Shown here: positions 28,049 to 41,023 of the stretch, one piece after another
Numbering within the stretch: the first letter of the stretch is position 1
Layout of the letters: each line of letters starts with the position of its first letter
Source: Balanoglossus misakiensis
Taxonomy: Eukaryota; Animalia; Hemichordata
Length of the DNA stretch: 64,000 nt
Direction: 5' to 3'
NCBI GenBank assembly: GCA_040954595.2
Contig: CM082587.2
Location: 2,509,000-2,572,999 of the forward strand
The notes under the pieces: generated by a model
What the model was told of the DNA's origin: nothing
Seen by the model: the letters and a program-made list of their open reading frames with translations, nothing else
Databases searched by the model: none
Program-made: the position numbers and the translations under genes

Positions 28049-29156
28049 TCACTTCATCTGCTTAATGTGCTCACTCAACTTCTCCAAAGTGAAGCCCTTA
28101 GTGACCAGAAAGGCCTTGTGGCCAAACTCTCTGGCCGAGTCGACGTTGTTGCGGTCATCATCCAGAAGGAAAATCTGCTCAGGTTCCACCGAGATGTTGT
28201 ATTTCTCAGACAGTTCGGCGACCACAGACGCGATATGCTGCAGCTTTCCGGCCTCAGGAATGTCTTCCACGGGTAACCAGTCCGATGAGCTGCCACGGAT
28301 CAGTATCTTCGAAACATCACTAAAAAGACACAAATTATATCATAGATATAAATCTGGGATTTGCATGTTGAATGTCAGGTTAACTTAGGATCAGATTTAT
28401 CCGTAAAGCCCAGAAAAAAAAAGACTTGGAGGAAGTGCATGATTATGGCATTCTGTTTTCGTCTGAAATGGATTATGTCACGGATGTGACTGTGAGCGGA
28501 AACACAGCACTGGCTGGGAAAGGGACCGGACTTTGATAAACTGCCAGTGACCATACCATGCAAGTCGACTTCTGCGTAGTGTTGAGTGGCCATATCCGCT
28601 CGCATGATGGAAGCACAGACCCATGCTATAATAATACCGTCACAATCAAGTCAAATATCAAGATCTGTATTTGATAGATGCATTCTTGACCGCTATAGTG
28701 CTTTAATTACGTCATATGATTACGTCATCTTACTTAGCAACGGTTTCGTACTCGTAGTAACCCCCAGCCATCAACAAACAATCTCGATCACAGTGCGAAG
28801 GCGTGGCCCAATTTGCTAATCATAAAATCGGGTTAAAAGGACACTCATTCATTTGTTGTATTGATATGATTGAGTGATATGACTTACCAGGTTTTGGGCA
28901 GAGATTGCTCCAGAACGTGCCGGATAAGTGATATTTGGCATGAAAACGTGACTACACAGACATGCAGGCCAGACTCCATACACGGTGGTATCAGCGAGAC
29001 CATCGACGGCCTCACGTGCGGTACGAGCAGATCGGGATCTCGAGTCCAAAATCCGCCAGTGTGAATGTTCAGGAGGGTCTCATCAAAATCGAAAGCCAGA
29101 ACCTTTACTCCCTTGCTCTTCAGCAGCCGCACGATGTGACGCGGTGTGTTACTCAT
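28049..29156 (-). CDS. HAD-superfamily hydrolase, apicomplexan p36-like (2 exons)
   Basis: Exons 29156-28888 and 28319-28049 with a phase-2 GT-AG intron. HAD motif I DFDET, motif II VVTFS, motif III K in GKLQH, motif IV LLDDDRNN. Confidence 0.85.
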
Positions 29157-29680
29157 AATGTTCCTCTCTTCATGTTCTGGGTGCCAATAAAGCCGGAATG
29201 CGTTGTGTAATATTGTGAAGAATGATTGAAATACGTTGAACTACAACGATTCCTCCCACAGTAAGACCGAAACTATACTACCACCACTTCGTAGAATTAG
29301 AAAACATGGCTTCCGTGTTGTCAGAGGTCAAAGGTTATAGGTAACGAAGATCTGAGACCGTCTGTGCATGGTGGTTGCTAGGGCTAGGTCGGTTCGTTCC
29401 CTGAAGGCAAAACCTGGTTGCTCCTTCCAGTCCCTCCCACCATGTCACTAAGACTTGCCCCCAGTGTTCCATCCACACCAGAATGTAGTCTGTGTGTGTG
29501 TGTGCGTGGGGGGGGGGGGGGGGGGAGGGGTCCCACTGCACTCTTGCAGGGAGTTGGGTGTGGGCTGTAATATCTTCAAAATAGGCCTAATATAGAATCT
29601 TAATTGAACTGTACGTACAATATGACATTAGAGACATGTAAATATGTTTATTTTATTTAATACACAAATCGGCACTTAGG

Positions 29681-31482
29681 CTAGAACCTATAGGTTGCTC
29701 TAAACCTATTCTTCAGATGTTCCCCTGCTGTGAGTGGTGGATATTTATCACTGCCATCAACACACTTGATGACACAGGAGTTGTCAGGATTGTAGAAATA
29801 AACGATGGACTGTCGCTGTGCTTGCTCGTCGGTTTCCGGCATGACAACACGGTGTACCTGGAATGATATTTATTTATGATTAATGTTATTTTCTTTTTAT
29901 TGTGGTTCAAATAATTGCAGATAAAAGTACCAGATAGTGAAGTTGTACTAACATTTGAAATCAACTTATCTGATGTCCACTTCTGCATCAAATCGCCGAT
30001 GTTCACGACTAAAGTCCCTTCAATAGGGGTCGCAGGGATAAACTCGCCAGTTTTTGATTTGATCTAACAGGATAAACGCAGAAATGGTAGTCAAGATCAA
30101 GTGTCTCGCATTCCTTACCCCCCTAACTTGAACACATACGTGCCATGTATGAGAAGATGAACTACCGTCACCGTCTTACCTCAAGTCCACCTTGATTGTC
30201 TTGACAAAGAAGCGTGACAGAACCGAAGTCGGTGTGTTCTCCGAACCAAACTTGACCGGATTTGATTTCCTTTCTTTCACGCGGAGGAGGGTAGTAGCCA
30301 TACCTCAAAATCGTTTCGTTATCTGAACTACCGGCTTTCTTGTGCCCCTTCACAAAAAGAAACGGGTCCTGCAAGAACCCAATTCGACAATCATCATGTC
30401 ACTTTATGTAATTGTAGTCTAACTGAGACTCAAACGTGGCGAAAGTTATATATATATAATCTTGTTCTACCTCCAAGTTGAGTCCTCGTCCAATCACTTC
30501 TAATAAACGATTTGCCAACTGTCTAAATTTATCGTACAAAGCCAAAGACGTTTCCTTGAATTCTGGTACTTCTTCGCCAGGCACTCCCTGTAAATAATGA
30601 TTAAAACATAAATAATCCTGCACAAGAATATGAAATAACCAATAACCAAAATGTCGAAAGTGATATATCAGAGATTCCTACCAGTGCGACACATCCAGCA
30701 TTAAAATCGTAGCTTTCGGCGAAATCAGGAGGCCTTTTCAGGTTTCGACTGTAAGGAAAGCGCACGAGACCATGAAGAATTATATATTTCCTTTGAAAAA
30801 TACATGTTTTATCATTGCTATACAGCTTTTAATCATTTTTCATTCATTCATTTTTCTTCGTTATAACCATTAAATGTTTACATACTGCCCTCTTTCACGC
30901 TCAATATAGCCATGGTTATGTGATGCGATTTCAGTCCTCGTATACTTGGACTTCAGTTCCGTTGGGAGGCCGAAGAACTGTCTGGACACAGAAAATGCAC
31001 GGTCAATCTGTCAAGGAATAATCAATAAATCAATTTATTTTTATATTTTTATCGCTATTTTAACTAGGTGTAGGCCTATATTCTATTGTATTCTATCTGC
31101 AATATCAGATATGTCCGAACTGCTGCATAGAGGTGCATGGATAGTATTTCCGAGGCTGGTTTACAAATTCTGAGGCTACCCCTGGCGGGATCATAACTGG
31201 GTCAACGCGACCTTCAGACTAAACTCTGACCTTCAAAGATCCCTGCTATCGCTATTAAGCGTCTGGTTCTCGCCCACTCGTCCTTATAGCTGCTACTCAT
31301 TTCGTAGGTAAAATTACCTCTTCCTCTGGTATGCCGTGGTTAGACAAATACAGAAAACCAGTGGTTGTCAATGCATCCCGGACACTGCCGATAAGGTCAT
31401 CGAATCTGTCTGTGTCCGGCGTGCTACGGTCCAAACTATAAGCAGAGAAATCTACGACAGGTATTGCTGTAACATTTGCCAT
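29681..31482 (-). CDS. 2-oxoglutarate/Fe(II) oxygenase, IPNS/DIOX_N type, copy A (7 exons)
   Basis: Exons 31482-31318 (in-frame ATG also at 31488), 31007-30886, 30748-30682, 30587-30471, 30368-30180, 30063-29953, 29857-29681. Motifs IPVVDFS, GFLYLSNHGI, EHTDFGSVTLL (HxD), VNIGDLMQKWT, VHRV (distal His), RQS (RxS). Confidence 0.93.
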
Positions 31483-32013
31483 AGTCATGTTTGTTACTGC
31501 TTAATGAGTCACTTAACGTCTGGCAGTCTGGTGGTGACAGAGTAAGGTCTGCACATGCGTGTTGCACTTTAGGGTCACTGGAGAGTATATCACGCAGGTT
31601 GTCACCCAGTCCAATGTTAATTTATTTTTCACTTGAACATTTTTATTCATATATATCAATGTTAAGATTATACATCATATGTTTATTTATTTTAAAAGAT
31701 ACAGGTCTAAAAGCATATTTTTGACCTTATGTCGTCCAACTTTCACCCCAAAAACTTCTGAAATTTGGGGGTGAAATTTGTGCTTCTCAGATCATGTGTA
31801 ACAGTACTACCGTTTTTCACACGAAATTACACACATGCGCATGAAAAGACGATTGTCGGCAAGATGCAAAACAAGCAATCCCACACAAAAACAAAACAAA
31901 AAACTCCCGGCATTACAAATTGGTAAATAGAAAGGACTCGTGTGAGTTTCTCGTTATATTTAATGAAAGCCATTTTGCTGATGAACTTTCATTGTACCCA
32001 ACAGACAGGACAT

Positions 32014-32244
32014 TTAAAACTTATAGGTTGCTTTAAACCTTTCCTGCAAAAAATCCCCTGACTTAATTGGTGGATATTTATCACTGTCGTCAAGACACTT
32101 GATGACGTAGGAGTTGTCAGGATTGTAGAAATAAATGATGGACTGTCGGTGAGAACTTCTGGCTTCTTCGGTATCCGGCATGACAACACGGTGTACCTGT
32201 AATTGAATTAGACATACCCAACGTCTGGCATTAGAGTGAATGTG

Positions 32245-32296
<52 letters not shown>

Positions 32297-34457
32297 TCGT
32301 CATCATTTCTGTAATTATTATTTTATCATTTTACTCACATTCGAAATCAACTTATCCGCTGTCCATTTCTGCAACAAATCGCCGAGGTTCACCACAACAG
32401 TCCCTTCAATAGGGGTCGCCGGGATAAACTCACCAGTTTTTGTTTTGAACTGAGGATAAATGCAGAGATGGAAAATAAGATCAAGATGGTCGAGGAGGTT
32501 AACAACTTCTGATTGCATTATTATACAATGTTACGATTCCACCGTCCGTTTATTTCATTGTTTTGTGAATATAGGCCGAGAGAGAGTGAAGATTTATCGT
32601 AACATGCTTACCTCAAGTCCACCTTGATTGTCTTGACAGAGAAGCGTGACAGAACCAAAGTCGGTGTGTTCTCCGAACCACACTTGGTCGGCTTTCACCT
32701 CCTCTCGTTCACGCGGAGGAGGGTAGTATGCATATCTCAAAATTGTTTCGTTACCTGGGCTACCGACCTCCTTGTGCGCTTTCACAAAAAGAAACGGGTC
32801 CTGCATAAAACAAGAAAACATTCGACAACATGTCGCTTTGTGTCAGTCGCAGTGCAAGCTGCGTAGTTGTGAAATTGAGACCGTAACGCGAATTCAAAAC
32901 ACCAATATCACAAGCAACACAACCAGAATTGCCCATACAAATTCTAGAAGACGGAGATTTATTTTGCTTTGGTGTGCGTTGTACTGTTTATTCGCTTACT
33001 ATAGTATAAGCTTGGTGTACCTCCAAGTTGAGTCCTCTTCCAATCACTTCTAATAAACGATTTGAAAGCTGTCGAAATTTTTCGTACAAAGTCGAGGATG
33101 TTTCCTTGAATTCTGGTACTTCTTCTTCGCCAGGCACTTCCTGTATTAAAATTGATTGACACCATATAAGACTCGTTCATGAACTTACATCGATGTACTT
33201 TCGGTGGTATGGCCTATGGGGGTTTTAAATTCGACATTTTAGGACAAGAGCGTGTAAAATGATGTTGCTTGAAAGAGCCTGATGGATTCTTTCCAACGGA
33301 AGTACGAGGATGTAAATTCATGTAGGGGTTAACCAGCATGGTTATTCATTACCGCTACATTCAGCAATTGCTATCGGACTATCATCCCGAATTGAAAACG
33401 AAAAGTTGTAGTTGCTCTACACACAGTATATGTGGGCGCTTGTCACTGCTGTATAACTTTGAGTTTGACGGAGAAATGGATGTTCCTACCAGCGCCAGCG
33501 TGTGACATGCAGAATTAAAATCGTAGCTCTCGGTGAAATCAGCAGGTCTTTTCATGTTGCGTCTGTAAGAAAAGCACACCAATGCAAACATTTGTCAGAA
33601 ATGAATATGTAGCTTTCCCAACTAACTGTACATCGAGTTTACCAAGTTTTTGAAGCATTCAGTATATTGAGTGTTTACTTACTGTACCCTTTCACGTTCG
33701 ATGTAGCCATGGTTGTGAGATGCACCATCTGCCCTTGCATACTTCGTCTTCAGTTCCTTGGAGAGACTGAAGAACTCTTTCGACACAGAAAATGCACGGT
33801 TGATCTGTAAATAACACAATTTGGTGTTTTATATAACTTTTCTGTGCGATGACATGTATCTAGATATGAGAAAAAGTTTAAGCGTTTTCGAGGCGCATAA
33901 ATAATACCTTAACTGTGCGCTCTTCAAGCAATAATGTAATAGCAAACCAGTCAAATGGTTCGACGTAACACGAACCCTTTGTTTGAAAAAAAGAACATTG
34001 AAATGTTCCAGTGGCTGTTTATTCACGTGTGCTCGTGAGAAGGTGCACCAAAGTAATTGTAAACCAGACCTCGAAACGGTATCCATGTACCCCTGTACGG
34101 CAGTTCAGACCTGTTACCAAGCAACAGTTGTTTGGAAACGCAAAACAACAGACATTGGAGCACAAAGTGGATTGACGACGCGTTAATTTTACGTCATTTT
34201 CAAACTTTTTGATCATATTGCATCTAATAATATAGACTCGACCACTATTCCGAAAAAGAACTACTACTCATTTTTAAACGTAAAGTTATTACCTCTTCTT
34301 GTGGAATGCCGTGATTCGATAGGTAAAGGAAACCAACGGATGTCAAAGCATCCCGGACACTGCTAATTAAGTCATCGAATCTGTCTGCGTCCGGCGTGCT
34401 ACGGTCCAAACTATAAGCAGAGAAATCTACGACAGGTATTGCTGTAACATTTGCCAT
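32014..34457 (-). CDS. 2-oxoglutarate/Fe(II) oxygenase, IPNS/DIOX_N type, copy B (7 exons)
   Basis: Exons 34457-34293, 33804-33683, 33562-33490, 33140-33021, 32800-32612, 32449-32339, 32196-32014. Same intron positions as copy A, with intact HTD...H and RQS motifs. Confidence 0.93.
32245..32296. repeat. (AAC)n microsatellite
   Basis: About 17 units in the last intron of oxygenase copy B; absent from the equivalent intron of copy A. Confidence 0.95.
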
Positions 34458-34905
34458 AGTCACATTTGGTACCGTGTATTGACTTTCTCTTAACTTCTGG
34501 CAGACTATCAACGGTGTGGTGGTCCTTTTGCTGCGGGGAAGGATCGGACCCTGGATGTAATCTGATGGATGTAATCTGATTCCCTGCCCCATTTCACCTC
34601 ATGGCTGCGCTGTGGCATTGGCTGTTGTAAATGTGGCTCCCATTGGTCAAACTAAACGAGTTCGGTGATTGGGTGAAAGTTTTTTTTAACAAGGTGCTCC
34701 CCAGTCCCCACATTTTGACTGCGGAAATACTTGGGTTTTAAAAATACAACACAGTCATGTCGTTAGAGGTGTACGATACGCATGCGCGGCACTACATCAT
34801 AGTGAAACGCAAGTGATCGTCGACACTCTCCACAAAGCAACAATACACAGGCAACACAAGTTGATTGACGTTTGACGAGACTGGCGCATCGCACCACACG
34901 TTACT

Positions 34906-37900
34906 ATGGAGACGCCGGGCCTGATTTTGCAACTTCTTGTCTTCTGCATTCTCGTCGAGGGTAAGACTTCAATATTTATTCATTTTGCTCGTGCGGCCAT
35001 AGCGTGAACACCTACCCGGTACCATGGTACGGCCTTACTTTTACGACCAATTTCATCCGCGAACGCATACCATTGGACGGTTTGCTTCCCCTTTCACCTG
35101 TTGGATTTTAGAAGAAAACACACCAAAAAACTTTAACGCTAAACCATCAACACCTTCACGGAAGTAACGGCTTATTTGCTTGGTGATTTTCATATTTTCT
35201 TATTTATTTGATCCTATTCGGTTTGATAGGGACGCATGTCACTGTGTAACGACATAAGCTTTGAATTAGATATCAACTATTGCAAATATAATATAAAGTA
35301 GCAGGTAAGATAATATTGCCGTTTGGAGGAAAACGACCAGGCCAGGTGAGGTCAGGTCTAATGTTATAAAGTACAGTGTATTTTGCCCCGTTCTTGGCTT
35401 GTTTTGATTGTCAGGTTGTTTGGGGACTCCGATGTTAATTAATGCAAACGGGTTAGAGGTCAAGTCGGGTAACGTTTTCACGTCCTGGCGTCTGACGGAA
35501 ACGTTCGAAAATGAGCGATGCTGTGCATATAAACCGAGTAAAGTAAACATTACCATGGCAATCGACGCATTTCAAGTATTTAAGCCGCAAACGTACAAAA
35601 CGTCAGAGCTTCGACATGTTCCAAAGACAATCCGAGCGTGCATGTAGACAGAGGAATTCAATCAACAATAATTCCACTTCTGTATGGTCTGGACGGTGTT
35701 TATATTGACATATCGTAAATTAAAAAAAAATCCTGCTTACACACCCCGTAGGTTACCTAGCGATCCGATGAGTGCTAACGACCTCGTACGTGAAAACACC
35801 ATAGTATAGCTTTGGCGGAGCACATATGGCAAAGAAGCAAGTGAAATATGATCAAATTCGTTGTGTTAAAATTCATCTTATATGTGATTTTGGGCGCAGT
35901 CATGAAACCATTCGTTTAAAATGGGCTTTGTAAGTTTTGGGGCGAGTGGTGGCGATATTTTAAACTATAGAATTTGAGATGACGAACCCAGGGTGTTGAC
36001 CAGAGACTCAGAGTAAGATACCGACTCGGCAATTTGCGGGAAAGTTTTCTGGCTTTGTCGCTGGAGTGCCTGCAAAACACCTGGTTGCCTCACATTTATT
36101 TTTATCTTGGAAATTTACAGCGTCGAAAAGCCATAAAGTGAGTTGTGACTACTAGTAATTCCAATGGTTTACAACGAACGTTATCTTTATTTCCAGACAG
36201 GTACTGTCGAGATAAGCTCGACGGCGGGCCTGCTATTTTGATCGCGGACCATCACGAGTACGTGTCCCGAGTGATTTTCTTGAGGGGCAGCGGCACCGAG
36301 ATCTACGATTACATCGAAGAGCACAGCAGCGTTCAGTACGGCTCCCTCCTCTACGATCCCGTCGACTCGGAAAAGACGGCCCTGTCGTTCGACTACGAGG
36401 ACAAGCTGCTCATTTGGAGCGATCCCGGAAAGAAGGCGATCGTCACCCTCAGCCTGGGCACGGGCAGCCTCGTCAACGTCTATAGCGGTACTTCGAGTAC
36501 CGTAGAGGGCGTTGCAGTGGACTGGGTGACCAACAATATATACTGGACGGATGCCGAATACAACTGGATAAAAATATCTAACTACGCCGGCACACACAGT
36601 CGTACTCTAATTACTACAGATTTAGACCATCCAACGGGAATAGTTTGCAACCCTTCCACTGGGTAAGTTGTGAGTCAAACTGCATTGGGGAAGGGGGGGG
36701 GGGGGTGGTCACTCATTACATATTTTTACTGCGGCCAACCCATTCCCTCATAATATTAAACGCGAATTTCTGTTTTGGAACTCAGGTATTTGTACTGGGC
36801 AGATGCCGGCGAAAAGTTTCGAATTGAACAGGCAACCCTGAGTGGGGAGAACAGGACCGTACTCGTTGACCAGGACACGGTGGGCGTTGACGTCATCGGC
36901 AGACCAGCGTCAATGACAATGGACTACGCGAACAACGTGTAAGTCTGCATCAGCAATTTTGACTGTCAACTCGAAGAATTATTTGCTGTTCATGATCCAG
37001 TCTGCAGACTGGATTATTGCCAAGTCTGTAGTCCCACTCACGCATTGCTTTCTTTTTCCACGTGCAGGTTATATTGGTGCGACAGCCTGAATGGTCGGAT
37101 AGTCAGACTCGACTTGAACGATGTGGACGCCAGCCCTGAAACAGTCGTGCACGATTCACAAAAATTTGGCGAATTGTTCGGAATAGATTTTGATCCGGTA
37201 AGTGTCTTTGTCGCTGAGAGTACGAAAGTACAAAATGCAATGTCAAGCAACTAGACTAGAATGTGTTACACAAGCGAGAAGAGACCACTTTAAAGAATGA
37301 CAAAAATCAGATCATATTTGTGCCTCTCCCCCTAGAATTTTGGGCTTTTCGTAACTGACAGAGAAAACAATCATGTACACATCGTGCCTCACAACACCAG
37401 GAAGGCGATATTCTCCATTATCACTGAATACCATGAACCGAACGGAATTGTGTACTACCAGGCGGACAAGCAACCCGTTCTTGCAGGTACATGTACATCT
37501 GAACCCATGCCACAGAAGATCCCTAGCTCGTTTAAATCTCTACGCCTGACTTTAATCAGATTGACTGCACAGGTACATGCAAGCCAACCGTTTTGTCATT
37601 TTTACTGATCATCGTTTTACTCCGTTTCTGTAATTTTTGTAATACTCTTTTTTAGATCCATGCGAAAACGCCACCTGCACTCACCTCTGTGTGAGTGATA
37701 CCGCAGGATACAAATGCATGTGTAGTCAAGAATACAAATTAGACAACAGCGGCACGAAGTGCGTAATTGGTAAGATTTTTTTTTCTAAAATCAAACTTTC
37801 GAGCAAAATACGATTTTAAATTATGTTAATATGATGCCCCAGTATGGGGTAGGCGTTAGGGATCTTTGTGTCGGCATATATTTTTTATGCACTTGACAAT

Positions 37901-40900
37901 CCAAATATATAGGTTGAGTTTTTTTATTTAATAATTTGTTACTATCATCCTCTCTTCTAGACAATAATATAATATCAGACCACGAGCTGATCGTTTCAAT
38001 GGAGGGTGGTTACTTGTGCCAACTGCCTGCGAACGCAGGTCACATTCCAGAGCTGTCCACAATGGTGTGTTTTGACTTGGTCCCAGTGGGGAGTATGGAT
38101 TTCGATGTCCATGGCAATTTGATGTTCGCTACGCGGTTGGACAGGAGCAATGACCAAATATGGGAGACCCGGTTACAGTCAGCGTTGCGATGGCGACAGG
38201 TGGTTGTGCTTCCAGAACAGAGTGACATTAGAGGTAAATATTACACTTTCTCCTCTTCCTCCTCTCTCTCCCTCTCCTCCTCCCTCCCTCCCTGTTGCAA
38301 ATATTCAGCTACTCTACAGTAACACCAATCCTGGTGTGTTTAATCTGCAGGAATTGCAATTGACTGGTTATCTTTCAACATGTACTGGACTGACGCACAT
38401 AGCAGATCGATAGGAATCAGCAAGCAAAGTGGCGCCCACAGGAAGTCACTCATCACGAAAGACATAGAAGTGCCATCTGCCATCGCAGTACACGCAAAGA
38501 AAATGTATGTCTGAAAGTTTAACATATTAGTGGCAAATTCCTTGTCTATACAGATTTGTATTTTGTCCAATTATGTCGTCATCACCAAGGGAATCCTCAA
38601 CTATCCTATGTTAATTTTGGTTACAGGTATTTATTCTGGAGCGACATTGGAACCGACGCGCGTATTGAACGCTCTGCGTTGCACGGCCGACAACGGAAGG
38701 TGATTGTTGGGTATAACCTTCAGCTGCCGACCCACCTGGCCATTGATTTCACAACAGAAAGGTTCGTTGAATATATCATTATACATAACATACAGGGCAC
38801 TTTTTTCTTGTCAATCTTGATCCCATGGCTTCGTTATGCAGCATGACATTGGTGGTGGTGTCGGTTGTTGTGAAAGTACGTTATCGTCTGAATTGTATTT
38901 TAAGGTTATACTGGTCGGACGATGGCACGCATACAATCGAATCTGTCGACTTTGAAGGCTTGGATCGCCGGGTGCTGGTTACAAGCACCCAAGTGCAATT
39001 TGCCGGAATTTCAATCTTTCAGGTAATGAATTTTTGAGTTAACGTTCTCTGCATGTTTCTTCTACATCAATTTTGTTCTGTGTTTTTTGGGCAGTAATCA
39101 TCTACTATACTCTGTCAATACCTTTGCTCCCTGCAGGACATCATGTTTGTTGCGCAGCGAAACACAAAATACATCGTCATCTACAACGTACAGAGTGGCA
39201 ACAAGATTAGAACTCTCATTGTGGAACACGAACTGACAGCCATTAGATTCTTCCATGAGAGTCTGCAACCGCTATCGAAAGGTAATGGGAAGATCTGTCT
39301 TTTATATCAGAGGCCGAGACCCCGACAGTTGAATTCTCCTTATACACTAGCGTCGCATTCAGTACAAGTTCGCAAATTTTAAAAATGAGAATAGTCGAAA
39401 TGATATTGAAGACAAATCACAGCGTTAGTTTTGTTTTCTCTTCGCTCCACCAGGTCCATGCGACTTCAACAATGGCGGGTGTAAGCACGTGTGCATCAAT
39501 ACAGAAGATGGGGCCGAGTGTGTGTGTTCAGACTATCAACTTGGAGTGTGTACACCGGGTAGGGAGTGTAAAATTGAGTTTTATCAGTTTCAAATGACTA
39601 CCTTGCATGCTTATTGCTGCACAAAATTCAGACAAGAACCTGTAATCTTGCGCACGTCGTCATCTTGTTCTTGTCGTTAAGCGTTACGCGTTACCCTTCT
39701 GCGGCAGTTGCTCTTTTTACCGGAAGTATACCGGCGCTCACCGGAAATGGGTCTCCACAACCTCTGTGGCCATCATAAACTGCACATCTGCGTTATAGCA
39801 TTAAAACGCATACTTATATTTTTTAAAACAGAAATCCGATGCCCCCTGAAAATCCCGTCCGGGCAGATGTCGGACACCTGTGACAATAGAAACGAGCGCT
39901 CTTGTCATTTCTCGTGTTCTAACGACTTTGTGCCAAGCACAGAAGACGTCGTACAATGTACTGATTCGGGCGAATGGAGCATCCTCAGTAGCCAATTGTG
40001 TTTGCATGGTGTGTGTTGTCTATTTGTTCTTCCACTTTTGGTAGTGCAATAGCAAATAACATGGCTGTCGTATTCTGTACATGCATTTATAAGTCACTGA
40101 CGTTGCTTACAAGACGGAGTATTTCAGAATCGACACTTCGACCGAGAACTACACAGTCAAGCAACTGTAGCGTTTAATGCAGATGTATTTACAAAGTAAA
40201 CTCGTTTTCTTTAGTGTCTTGTGTCGACAAACCGTGTCTTAATGGAGGAATATGTACCGGAACAGAATCGGGGTATAACTGCTCGTGCCTGGAGCAATGG
40301 AGTGGCGATAACTGCGAAATCAGAGGTAGTTTTGTATTTACCATCCGCTATCATTTTCTGTTTTGGGATAAACGTCCAACTGGTGACGCCTGTAGTCAAT
40401 GATGTTTCACATTTTACAAGGTCAAACATTATGTGAATACTTACGATGACCCGACCAGGTTTATTCATGAGATAACGTATTGTCAAATTCGTATAGTAGT
40501 TACATTTGTTGATGAGATGTTATTATTAATTAACAGTGGCCCTGTCCGATGAAGACACCAGTGCCGTTGTCATTCTCGGTGTACTGGTCGCAGTTTTTGC
40601 GACGGCTGCACTCATCTTGATTATTTCTGTGATGGTGATAATAAGGTAAGACAATAAACCCTTTTGCGAATCTGCGAGCTCGATGATTATTTGATATTAT
40701 GGCCAATTAAAAAAATCTAGTAATTAACCAAACACTTGACAAAAACCGTTTTATTCACAATTAACAGAAGGAACAGGAAAAGTGGCAGTGACACAGAGCT
40801 TATTATCCCGAGAGATGTTCGTTACGACAACACCATGGAAATCGGAGGTGACGCGGGAATTGTCAACCAACTGTACTTCAGTACTCAAAGGGAAAACTCG

Positions 40901-41023
40901 CCACCCGGACCTGCTACCATAGAAGCCGAGCAATTTTCCGGTGAAGCGTTCGCCAGCGTTAGTAGCCCAGCGAACGGCATCCCGTCTGCCAAGACAACGT
41001 CAAATGGTGAATCTGTTGCTTGA
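34906..41023 (+). CDS. LRP-like type-I receptor: signal, 2x(YWTD beta-propeller + EGF), Sushi/CCP, EGF, TM, cytoplasmic tail (16 exons)
   Basis: Exons 34906-34960, 36197-36662, 36786-36938, 37068-37197, 37336-37486, 37656-37769, 37961-38233, 38351-38504, 38627-38761, 38905-39022, 39137-39281, 39454-39558, 39832-40008, 40215-40325, 40537-40645, 40768-41023. Repeats IWSD, YWTD, YWAD, YWCD, YWTD, FWSD, YWSD. EGF cysteine patterns, Sushi C..C..W..C, TM VVILGVLVAVFATAALILIISVMVII, tail IVNQLY. AATAAA near 41417. Confidence 0.9.

Noticed and set aside
34458-34592. 45-aa N-terminal extension of oxygenase B from the upstream ATG at 34592
   Set aside because: Not conserved in copy A, and it lies in the short divergent promoter interval. 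ATG 34457 is preferred.
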